Shown in pieces: positions 1-9,100 of a DNA stretch of 64,000 bases. The notes below the pieces were generated by a model, which was not told the origin of the DNA, did not search any database, and saw only the letters and a program-made list of their open reading frames with translations. This stretch comes from a virus. Location: the IMG/VR virus record IMGVR_UViG_3300028412_000009; one strand, written 5' to 3'. Position 1 is the stretch's first letter. Each line of letters opens with the position of its first letter. Made by a program: the position numbers and the translations under genes.

Positions 1-1
1 C

Positions 2-448
2 GTTCATAAATTCGGTGGAATGTATGTAAACTGCGACATCGAACCAATTAGGCCTCTCCCCGAACTCCCTAAGAAGGCTTGGGCTTCATACGAGAATGAC
101 ATCAATGATGTGGTCAATGCTGTTATTGGAGCTCCCGCTCCCCGGAATGTCTTTTGGGGCCGTCTCCTGTCGAAGCTTCCAGCCCGCTATTTCTTGAACC
201 CCACCGATGAGATGGTTCATACCACAGGTCCTGGGCTTTTGACGGACATGGCCCGACGCTTACCAGAAAGGATTCACGTCTTCCCCAAAGAGACTTTCAA
301 TCCTGTGCACTGGTCTAAGATCTCGCCAGGAGGAGATGCTAAAAGCTTCAGAGATTCGCTCCCTCCGGAAACTATAGGGGTGCATCACTGGGGACACAAA
401 AAAGATGGAAGGACCAATTACATTGAATCCGCAACCCAGCCGAAGTAG
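2..448 (+). CDS. Glycosyltransferase, GT32 (Och1/Gly_transf_sug)-like C-terminal fragment; the gene probably starts upstream of the window
   Basis: The frame is open from the window start. FGGMYVNCDIEPIRPL resembles the GT32 GG-x-Y-x-D-x-D-(I/V)-x-x-x-(K/R)-P-L motif. A second glycosyltransferase follows immediately. Confidence 0.4.
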   Translation, partial: VHKFGGMYVNCDIEPIRPLPELPKKAWASYENDINDVVNAVIGAPAPRNVFWGRLLSKLPARYFLNPTDEMVHTTGPGLLTDMARRLPERIHVFPKETFNPVHWSKISPGGDAKSFRDSLPPETIGVHHWGHKKDGRTNYIESATQPK

Positions 449-1169
449 AGCTGTAGCCTTCACCGCCTATGACAGGCCCGGGTATCTTCGGGAATCTCTG
501 GAGTCCTGGCGGAAAGTTCGAGGGATGAATCGGTGGTACTTCTATCTCACTGTTGACCCTTCTGGGGAAACTCAGGAAGTAGTTGATCTCTTCACGCAGT
601 TTGCCCGAGACATGAGACTTCCTGATTGTGTGGTGAAAGTTAATCCTAGAAGGTATGGGGTTCTTCATCACCCCTGGGCCTCTTTTGATCATCTCTTTAG
701 TAACTTAGGAGTAGACCAGGTTCTTAGGGCGGAAGATGATCTTCTCGTTTCTGATGACATTCTAGAGATGTTTGAGTGGATTGACAACACCTACTCTGAA
801 GACACGAGAGTCGCCTCTGGGCACTCCTATTCTGGGGCACTGGAGGGGGACCCCAGAATTATTTCCAAATCTACTCGTTTCGAGTCCCTTAATTGGTGCA
901 CTTGGAGAGATAGATGGAATGACTTTATGCGGGACACATGGGATCATGATTACTCGACTTTCAATGGGGTCCCAGGAAGAGAGTCTGGGTGGGATTGGAA
1001 TTTGAACACCAGAATTTATCCCAAGTTTGGTCTTCAGGCTGTCCGACCTCAGCTCAGTAGAACTCAGAACATTGGTCTTCAGGGAACCCACTCCACGCCT
1101 CAGAACTTTTCACAGAGCCCTTCTTTCAGGGAAGAGTATGGGGTAGTTTCTTACGCAGAAGGACGATAG
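405..1169 (+). CDS. Glycosyltransferase family 2-like (GT-A fold)
   Basis: N-terminal AFTAYDRPGYLRESLESW resembles the GT2 IIPTYNRPELLxxCLESL block. An acidic DD-x-x-x-SDD stretch (EDDLLVSDD) could be the DXD motif. Confidence 0.4.
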   Translation: MEGPITLNPQPSRSRAVAFTAYDRPGYLRESLESWRKVRGMNRWYFYLTVDPSGETQEVVDLFTQFARDMRLPDCVVKVNPRRYGVLHHPWASFDHLFSNLGVDQVLRAEDDLLVSDDILEMFEWIDNTYSEDTRVASGHSYSGALEGDPRIISKSTRFESLNWCTWRDRWNDFMRDTWDHDYSTFNGVPGRESGWDWNLNTRIYPKFGLQAVRPQLSRTQNIGLQGTHSTPQNFSQSPSFREEYGVVSYAEGR

Positions 1170-1171
1170 TA
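1161..1171 (+). promoter_or_regulatory. Conserved intergenic 11-mer GGACGATAGTA
   Basis: Overlaps the stop codon of ORF 405-1169, 6 nt before the ATG at 1177. Confidence 0.3.
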
Positions 1172-1176
1172 GCACT

Positions 1177-1629
1177 ATGTCAGATAGCGCAGATCGAAGA
1201 GACCTTCAGGTTGAGGATACCCTTGACCTGGCTTTTGACCTGCCACAGGAGTTTGAGGATGACCCTTACCTGTCCTCCCTGTATCGGGAAATCATTGCTC
1301 GGTTGAGGGTTGAGGCAAACGGCCTTCCTATGAACACTGTTCAGACTCTTCTTCTAGAGCGCATTGCTTTCTTCTACATTAATCTAAAGAGGTCAGAGAG
1401 GTCTGAAGCTCTCAGCCCAACCAGACACAAGGACTTAGTCTCGTTCTGGCTTAATATGACCTCAGAGTTCAACAAGCAGTTAGCCGCAGGACATGAGCAG
1501 TTAAGAGACGCTCTTCTGTTGTCTATCTCTAAGATGGTAATGAGCAAGATTGATGAGATCGAGGACCAGGAAACCCGCCAGCAGTTGAGAATCCTTCTCT
1601 CTGAGGGATTCGCAGAGATGGGGCTCTGA
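1177..1629 (+). CDS. Hypothetical protein; possible small terminase subunit by position upstream of TerL
   Basis: Start follows a spacer after the conserved 11-mer. 150 aa, lies directly upstream of the large terminase. No diagnostic motif. Confidence 0.3.
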   Translation: MSDSADRRDLQVEDTLDLAFDLPQEFEDDPYLSSLYREIIARLRVEANGLPMNTVQTLLLERIAFFYINLKRSERSEALSPTRHKDLVSFWLNMTSEFNKQLAAGHEQLRDALLLSISKMVMSKIDEIEDQETRQQLRILLSEGFAEMGL

Positions 1630-2333
1630 TGATGGACTCTGATGACAGAGATCTGATTGTTCTTTTAGCCAGTAGCTCTGCCAGCCTTGCCGTGGCCCCG
1701 GGCAACAAGGATAATTGGGTGGAGCGTGCTGGTCCTGGAGGTCAGGGCGGCGAGCTCCCCCGCTATGTCCGAAAGATCGCCAGAGGGATAATGAAGTCAG
1801 GGAAGAGCAAGTCTCAGGCTATTGCTATTGCTATTAGCCGTATCAAGAGATGGGCCCGGGGCGGCGAGGATGTCAAGGCGGACACACGAATCAAGGCCGC
1901 AAAGGCGTTGGCAGAGTGGACCGCTCTAAAGGCCAAGAACAAGAGAAATCAGATCGTTAAAGCCTCAAACTCCGAGGGAGAGTATTTCATGCTCTCATAC
2001 TCTGGTGAGTTTAATACTGACCTTGTTCGCAGAGCCTGGAATAAGTTCCAGTCTGATCTCAGCAAGAAAACCTTTTCTGGGGACACCCCTGAAGAGGACA
2101 TTCCTGTTTTCTGGATTGTCGAGCTATGGACCTCTCATATCATTGTTGAAAAGTCTACTTATGGCGAATATGATCAGTCTGAGCACTTCAAGATCCCTTA
2201 TACAGTAGAGGGTTCTCAGGTCAACTTCGGGGTTCCAGAACCAGTGAAGTCTGCCTATGTCCCCGTTGAGTCAGACTTGACCTCGAATGAGAAGATCTTA
2301 CTTTCTGATTTGCTGACTTCTTCTAAGGAGTAG
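1629..2333 (+). CDS. Hypothetical protein with a Lys/Arg-rich central region
   Basis: Translationally coupled to the upstream ORF. Basic K/R-rich segment. No recognisable domain. Confidence 0.3.
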   Translation: MMDSDDRDLIVLLASSSASLAVAPGNKDNWVERAGPGGQGGELPRYVRKIARGIMKSGKSKSQAIAIAISRIKRWARGGEDVKADTRIKAAKALAEWTALKAKNKRNQIVKASNSEGEYFMLSYSGEFNTDLVRRAWNKFQSDLSKKTFSGDTPEEDIPVFWIVELWTSHIIVEKSTYGEYDQSEHFKIPYTVEGSQVNFGVPEPVKSAYVPVESDLTSNEKILLSDLLTSSKE

Positions 2334-2336
2334 CAT

Positions 2337-4196
2337 ATGAGAAGACTTTCGGATGAATTTCTCTTAGCTGGAGATGATCCTAACAGAAGCACTCTTAGTC
2401 AGGTCTTTGACGAGGAACCTGTCTCCCTAGACGTGTTTGTGCAGGATCAAAAGTTTCTTAATAACCCTCCCCTGTCGGACATCCAGTTTGAGCTTGTGCG
2501 TCATATTGAGCGTGTCTATCTTCCAGAGCTCTACCCTGCCATGGCTGACGAATTCGGAGGCTACTGGGAGGACACCTTAGACACCCCGATGCGGAACCTT
2601 ATCACCGCACAGTGGGGCAAGGGTGGCGGAAAGGACATGACTGTTGGAGTGGCCTCTCTGAGAGTTGCCTACTTGCTGATGTGTCTGAAGTCTCCACAAC
2701 AGCACTTTGGCATGACTTCCTCCAGCTCGATCCACCTCCTCAACATTGCCGCTAACGCTCCGCAGGCCCACCGTGCTTTCTTCGTGCCTCTAACCCGAGC
2801 CGTGAAGAGAGGATGGTTTAAGGACCGAGCTGAGCCCAAGATGAACACCATCATCTATGACAAGAACATCGAGGCTATTTCGGGACACTCTGACGCTGAG
2901 GGCCAAGAGGGTTTGAACCTGATCCTCGGGGTTGCAGATGAGATCGATGCTTTCAAGGCTCGCAATGAGCTCGTAGGCGGCGGAAGGAAGGCTCGCGAGG
3001 CCTCCACTACCGCTGAGGGTATTTTGGAGATGCTTAAGACATCTGCGTCTACTCGGTTCCCTCAGACCTATAAGCGCGTGGCCATTTCCTACCCGCGCTA
3101 CCTGGGATCCACGATCCAAAAGCTGACGGAAGAGGCCAAGGTCAATGTTGAGCGTTCTCCATCAACCTCGATCTATTTTGCCTCTGGTCCCTATGCCACC
3201 TGGGAAGTAAACCCTCTTCGTAAAGGCAAGCAAGAGTTTGCATCTGACTATGAAGAGGACCCAGTGGAAGCGGCGGCTAAGTATGAATGCAAGCCTGCCC
3301 GGGCCACTAACCCCTACTACCGAAACTTCTACATCTTCAAGCAGGCTGTAGACAGGGATACGCAACCCCTTTCTGTAGGATATAAGCGACGCATGGTGGA
3401 ATCCGAGGTTACCAAAGAGAAGACTTTGGGGTGGGAGCCGGTTTTCACTCTCTCTCCCGGCTTCAAGCCGATCCAGGGGGCTCGCTATGCTATGCACGGG
3501 GATCTCGCTATTTCAGGTGACCGTGCCGGAGTTGCGATGTCTCACATCTCTCACTATGAAGAGCGAGAAGAGGTTGTCGCTTCTGGAAAGGACGGAGAGC
3601 AAGTCACTCAGAAGACTTCAGTTCCTGTGATCCGCAATGACTTCACAGTGACGTTCGAGGCAGACTCCGGAGCTGAGCCTGCCCGAGAGATTCAAGTTCG
3701 GTGGGCCCGAGAGCTGGCTTTTGAGCTAGTTAAGCGTGGGTTCCCTATTGTGTCTTATACGTTTGACTCATTTCAATCAGCAGACAACATTCAGATCCTT
3801 CAACAGCACGGGATCCCTTCTGACAAGCTCAGTCCTGACCGAGACCAGAGCATTTGGCGGACCCTGAAAGATATTGCCTCCGAAGGAAGACTTCGAATGT
3901 CTTTTAATCAGTTGTTGCTCAACGAGCTTGAGGCCCTGTCTGTTTTCGGTAAGAAGGTAGACCACCCTCCTAACGGCAGTAAAGACGCCGCCGATGCTTT
4001 TGCTTGCTCCGTGGTGGGGGCCTTGGTCGCGGGGGGCGAAGAGGACCCTGACGGGACGATGGTAAACATGGGAGACACCATTTTTGAGGTCGGAGATGAG
4101 ATACACTTAGCTGATGGGCTGGGTTCTCTTAGCCCGATAGGAATGGAGTCTATACTCTCTCTACCTTCTGGATTTGAGGAATACAGTAATGGCTAA
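2337..4196 (+). CDS. terL: Terminase large subunit (TerL)
   Basis: 619 aa. P-loop-like GKGGGKD, Walker-B-like LILGVADEID, and C-terminal nuclease-type acidic residues (HGDLAISGDRAG; GSKDAADAF). Position immediately upstream of the portal. Confidence 0.7.
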   Translation: MRRLSDEFLLAGDDPNRSTLSQVFDEEPVSLDVFVQDQKFLNNPPLSDIQFELVRHIERVYLPELYPAMADEFGGYWEDTLDTPMRNLITAQWGKGGGKDMTVGVASLRVAYLLMCLKSPQQHFGMTSSSSIHLLNIAANAPQAHRAFFVPLTRAVKRGWFKDRAEPKMNTIIYDKNIEAISGHSDAEGQEGLNLILGVADEIDAFKARNELVGGGRKAREASTTAEGILEMLKTSASTRFPQTYKRVAISYPRYLGSTIQKLTEEAKVNVERSPSTSIYFASGPYATWEVNPLRKGKQEFASDYEEDPVEAAAKYECKPARATNPYYRNFYIFKQAVDRDTQPLSVGYKRRMVESEVTKEKTLGWEPVFTLSPGFKPIQGARYAMHGDLAISGDRAGVAMSHISHYEEREEVVASGKDGEQVTQKTSVPVIRNDFTVTFEADSGAEPAREIQVRWARELAFELVKRGFPIVSYTFDSFQSADNIQILQQHGIPSDKLSPDRDQSIWRTLKDIASEGRLRMSFNQLLLNELEALSVFGKKVDHPPNGSKDAADAFACSVVGALVAGGEEDPDGTMVNMGDTIFEVGDEIHLADGLGSLSPIGMESILSLPSGFEEYSNG

Positions 4197-5667
4197 TACC
4201 AACCGAGCTCGTGGTGGAATGAGCGAGCCTGTTAAGATTGATGAGTCTAGGTATGACATCACTTTTGGTGTTGATGCCCAGCTTCCTTTCTCTACCCCAT
4301 ACTCCCCTACCACGATCCGGCCCCCTAAGCTTCGGGACGATACCCTCTATGAGGTCTCTCCTCTTGACTATGACCATAATGGGCCAACTATTCGCGAGCT
4401 TGAAATCATGCGAATGCGTGATGGCCAGGCCCAGGCTCTTCACCGCCTTCTCACTCTTCCTATTCGGTCTTCGCTCAAGACCTCTTCTATCGTCCCCGCA
4501 GAGGGAGGAGAGAAAGAGGCGAAGTTCATTGAGGATGTCTTCTATACCTCCCCATCTAACGGGGGAATGAGCGTCCCCTTCTCCCGTGTTATGGCTCAAA
4601 TCCTTGAGGGGCTGTTCACCGGGTTCTCTGCTTTCGAGAAGGTCTTTTGGAAGCCCAAGCAGGGACCTCTGAAGGGTAAGATCGCCCTGAAGAAGTTGGC
4701 GTACCGCCCTTGCTCTACTGTTACGTTTGTGACGGACGACCATGGAGGTTTCGCAGGGTTCCGTCAGAGGGTTTGGAAGGGGCCACACCAGATTGACGTG
4801 TTCATTGAGCCCAAGTACGCGATGTACTACGCCGCCCAAGAGGAGCTTAGGAAGTTCTATGGAGTAAGCTTCTTCAACGCCGCCTTCTACCACTATGACA
4901 AGAAGTCCAAGCTCTACTACACAGGCCATCTTGCCGGTCAGCGTTCTGCTGTAGGAACTCGCCTTGGTACAGTGCCTCCGGGAGCTTCGAGGTCTCAGAA
5001 GGAAGAATTCTCTAGAGCTCTGGCTAATATGTCTCTCGCTCAGTATCTGGCAATCCCTGAGGGGTTCGAGGTTGAGGTTCTCAAGGAGGGTGGGAACTTT
5101 GATTACCTTGATCTAATTAACCACCACAATTCTCAGATGTCCAAGAGTGTGTTGGCTAACTTCTTTGACAAGGATCAGGGGAGTGGATCCTCTGGAGGCT
5201 CGGCAATAAGCTTTGCCGAACCCGGGGATGACATGTTCGTTTTGATGCTCAAGGCAATTATGGACGACATTGCCGATGCCATCAACAACTTCTTGATTCC
5301 TCAGCTAATTGAGCTCAACTTTTCTAAGGGTAGATACCCCCAGTTCACGTGGGGAACTCTTACTGACGCTCAGAAGGAGGCCATCAGTGCCACCTTTGAT
5401 AAGCTCGCCACTGCTGGCCAGTCTCTTGCCATTACCCCTGAGTTCATGCGATCTCTTGAGGAGACCATGGCAGATGAGATGGGTCTTGATGTAGACTATA
5501 CTGAGGTAGAAGCCCGGGAGCAGGAAGAGCAAGCGATGGCAGAAGCTCAGTTTGCTCTTGAGCAGGGTGAAGACCCTCAAGGGGGAGACCCTGAAGCTCC
5601 CCCCATAGACCCAGAAGCTGACGCTGAAGCTCTCGCAGAACTCGAAGCTCAAGCTCTAGCCGTTTAA
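4174..5667 (+). CDS. Portal protein
   Basis: 497 aa, directly downstream of TerL. Highly acidic, Ala/Glu-rich C-terminus typical of portals. Start may be the ATG near 4189. Confidence 0.6.
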   Translation: MRNTVMANTNRARGGMSEPVKIDESRYDITFGVDAQLPFSTPYSPTTIRPPKLRDDTLYEVSPLDYDHNGPTIRELEIMRMRDGQAQALHRLLTLPIRSSLKTSSIVPAEGGEKEAKFIEDVFYTSPSNGGMSVPFSRVMAQILEGLFTGFSAFEKVFWKPKQGPLKGKIALKKLAYRPCSTVTFVTDDHGGFAGFRQRVWKGPHQIDVFIEPKYAMYYAAQEELRKFYGVSFFNAAFYHYDKKSKLYYTGHLAGQRSAVGTRLGTVPPGASRSQKEEFSRALANMSLAQYLAIPEGFEVEVLKEGGNFDYLDLINHHNSQMSKSVLANFFDKDQGSGSSGGSAISFAEPGDDMFVLMLKAIMDDIADAINNFLIPQLIELNFSKGRYPQFTWGTLTDAQKEAISATFDKLATAGQSLAITPEFMRSLEETMADEMGLDVDYTEVEAREQEEQAMAEAQFALEQGEDPQGGDPEAPPIDPEADAEALAELEAQALAV

Positions 5668-5680
5668 GGAGAAACATCTC

Positions 5681-6073
5681 ATGGCTCTCAATTCTTCTAG
5701 TGAGCGTAAGGTAGCCACCAAGGCGGGGGCTGATTACTTCGGCAAGCCGGTGGGGTCTGTGATCACAGCCAATGATCGAATGACGGCCAAAAACCGCAGG
5801 GCTCCCGTGACCATGGACCGCCTGCGTTCTCTGCGACGTCAGTTTGTTCAGGCGAAGCGTGTCGGAAGTAAGCCCATCATGGCGGCGGTCAACAAGCAGT
5901 TCCAGGAAGAGATCCGCATCTTTTCAGATACGGGAGGCAGGGACATCAAGGGTATTCTGGACGAGATGGACGCCAATCTCACGGATGGAATGAAAGATTC
6001 TACTGAATTGAATGATACTGATGTTGAAGACGGGAACAAGGAAGAATCCCCCGAACAAGCGCCCGAAGACTAG
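5681..6073 (+). CDS. Hypothetical protein sharing an N-terminal motif with the giant downstream protein
   Basis: Good RBS (taaggagaaac). Motif FGKPVGSVITANDRMTAKNRRAP parallels FGQPVGTLITADMEAAAERR at the N-terminus of ORF 6133-11445. Confidence 0.45.
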   Translation: MALNSSSERKVATKAGADYFGKPVGSVITANDRMTAKNRRAPVTMDRLRSLRRQFVQAKRVGSKPIMAAVNKQFQEEIRIFSDTGGRDIKGILDEMDANLTDGMKDSTELNDTDVEDGNKEESPEQAPED

Positions 6074-6087
6074 GCAATTTCCCTCAG

Positions 6088-6098
6088 GGACGATAGTA
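6088..6098 (+). promoter_or_regulatory. Conserved intergenic 11-mer GGACGATAGTA
   Basis: 15 nt after the stop at 6073 and 35 nt before the GTG start at 6133. Confidence 0.3.
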
Positions 6099-6132
6099 TC
6101 CACATCAGTAGAATCTTTTAGGGAGCCCTTCC

Positions 6133-9100
6133 GTGTCAGCACCTCTTGATGATCCCCAAGAGCTCGATGAGCTCGTTGCCTTAGCCGCCCGCAGGCTGAG
6201 GAACTTGGGCGGTAGCAAGAGTCGGGGAGGCCGCTATGTTCGAACTCCCGAGGGGGCCCGACACTTCGGCCAGCCTGTAGGTACTCTCATCACCGCTGAC
6301 ATGGAAGCGGCGGCTGAGAGGCGTTCCGGTACCAAGGCCCCAAAGAATGCTCTGTCTTACGCGAAGCCCAAGCCTCAGACATCGGCACCCGGCTCTCGTC
6401 CTTTTGCAATGGGGGATCCCAAGAAGGATGGGCCTCATGTAGTCCAGCCTGTAAACAATCAGCCCGGCAACTCTTCGAAGTCTCAGAGCGTGGCTTCCAA
6501 GAAGGCGTCCACTCCTAGAGATGTTAATGCAGACAAGCCGAAGTTCGATGTTCCCACCAGGCTTAAGGAAACGCCATCTCTCCAGGGAGACAAGAAGTTT
6601 CGAGTAGGTAAGAAGGCTTACGATGCTCCAGAGGGTTCTCGCCTTATCAAGACCAAGGATGGTAAACTGGCTTATGTCATTGACCCCTCTGGTCGTCCCC
6701 ACCTCTTCAATGAGCGTGGTGAGGTAGAGCTCTCCCTGGAAAATGAGAACCGTATTGCTCGACTGTTCACTGAAGACTTCTCTGAGGACGAAAAGTACTC
6801 TGTTGAGGAGTTTGAGGAAGGAGGCACTAACCTAGGTCAGGTTGGTGACTCTGTCCCCGGCCGGGATTGGCTAAAGAATACTGACCCCGGTTCTGTCATT
6901 TCTTTTGGCGAGGGGGAAAAGGTCCGCTGGAAGAAGGGCTCTGATGGAAACTGGCGTCGTGAGGAGGATGGAGACTCTGGCCCGCATTTTGAGTCTGAGG
7001 TTATGCCCTTTGACGAGAATACGAAGATCGAAGAAGTTCCCGAAGTCAGGTCCGACCAGGCCTTCGACCCAGCCATTGATGAAGTTGATGATACTGACCT
7101 TGATGAGCTGAACGCGGAAATAGAAGAGTCCATGGAGCGACTATCTCCTGAGGACCAAGATCTTGTTCGAGCCATGACATTCCAGATGCGCAGTATGGTC
7201 GCGGGTCGTTCCCTGGGATCTCCCGAGGGTGGGGACCGATCTGAAAGCGAAGACACGCGACAGCCCTCTGTCGGGGGGCCAGTAGATCGAGAGACTCTCA
7301 GTTCATCTAAGCCGGGCACTACAGTGTCTGAGGAAGACCCTGTCGAGAACCGAAAGATTCGTTGGACGAAGAACGAGGATGGCAAGTGGTACACCCGAGG
7401 GTCTGACGAGGGGGTTGAGGATGACTACTTCGATGAGTCCTCCTCTGCAACCTTTACGTCGGTCCCCGATTCCTCCCCCGAGGGTCAGTCAGATTCTCGG
7501 CCTGCTTCCGAGAGCTCCTCTTCTGCTGGGAAAGACTCCACAGAATTCGTGCCTGGTGATTCAGAAGCCGGTACTACGGTCACTGTCCCGGAGGGGGATT
7601 CTGGCCGCGTCTTCGTGAAGGTAGGGGATAACCAGTGGGTCTCCCCCTCCCCCGATGGGTCCAATGTTGACAGCTTCACTGATGACGACATGAAGGATAG
7701 GGACGTAACTGTCCTGCCTTCCTCTGACAGGCGCGCCGCCTCCGGGAGGCGCATGGCAGAACGCCGTAGTCGTGAGGCTTCCCCTCTTCCCTCAGCTGAG
7801 TCGGTTGAAGCTAACCAGCGCGCCCGCCGCGAGGCTTCCGAAGAAGCTAGCCGTCGAGGTCGCGAGCTTATGAAGGCTGACGAGAGGCGCAGGGCTGATG
7901 AGGCTAGAAAGAACCCAGCTGAGGTCTCTGATTTGGATGGGGCTGGGGCCGGAGAATCCGTGACTGTGGTTGACCCTGACGGTTCTGTCAAGAGTTGGAA
8001 AAAGTCCGAGCAGACGGGCAATTGGCACGACTGGGACCGAGACAAGATCAGTCCTTTCTCCGAGGCGTTGAACGGCACGTCAGACAGAGAGAAGAGGGGC
8101 CTTTCTTCAGAAGAGCTTCTTGAGGAAAGTGAGGCTGTCTCCAAGCCCGCTTCCCGTCGAGGTCGGGGTACTTCGGAGGGAGAGAGTGCTCGCCCAACTC
8201 CCCAGCCTGACCCCAACAACCCCAATGATCTTTCCAACGCCGAAGAGGGCGATGTTGCCTATGCTCAGGATGAAGATGGCAACGACCGAGAGTTCTTGAA
8301 GTCTCCTAATGGATCTTGGATGTCTGCTCCTGAGGGTAAGGACACCTTTGAAGAGTGGTCTGATGATGAGTTGAGAGAGCTCGGTGGGGAGCTCGATCCT
8401 ACTCGCACTTCTGTAGACTTCCCCAACGCTTACGGATCTCACACCAATCAGGTCCAGCCTAATGAGGAGGCCGCTCCTACTAGCCCTGAAGGTGCTGAGT
8501 CTTCTCCCCGCCCTCGGAGGAGGAGAGGGCGTAGAAAGTCCGTCCCTGGATTTGATGAAATAGATACGGGGGATTCAGGGGCTAATGACGAGCTCTTCGA
8601 CCCTGACGCTGAGCCTCAGGATCTTCCTGAAGGAGAAGATGTCATCCCCAAGGCCAATGAGTTTGAAGAGGTTGACCAGCCGGGAGATGAGGCTCGTAAG
8701 CGCCCTGGAGGCAAGATGCCCCAGCGCAAGCCTTCGCCAGATCTTCCTGATACCGACACTCTCGGGAACCCTGATGGCTTCTCTCCCACTCCAGTGGGTG
8801 CCGAAAATCAGGAGTGGTCACTTCAGCCTAAGGACACCATTACCCGTGAATGGTTCCGTAACGCCCCTGCCGGTTCTCAGATCACTGCCCCCGATCCGAC
8901 CTCTGCACGCGGAGAGTCCATCTGGGAGAAGGATCTCAACGGAGAGTGGAACCGAGTTGTCGGTCGTGCCGGTCACTTCAGTCCGCGCTCAACTGGTGGG
9001 GCCGGTAACGAGGGCCCGGGTCACAACTTCAACATTTTCGAGCCCGATGGGTCCCTTTCTGAGGAGTTCGGGGATTACAAGGTTGGTAAGTCGGGAGACG

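Noticed and set aside
6181-8442. Large antisense ORFs (6181-6702, 6837-7394, 7485-8237 and others) opposite the giant gene. Similar ones lie opposite the tape measure gene (23536-24444), rsr (55058-55945) and portal (4150-4929)
   Set aside because: They lie within strongly supported + strand genes and are low-complexity mirror images of Ser/Pro/Glu-rich coding sequence. They are spurious.
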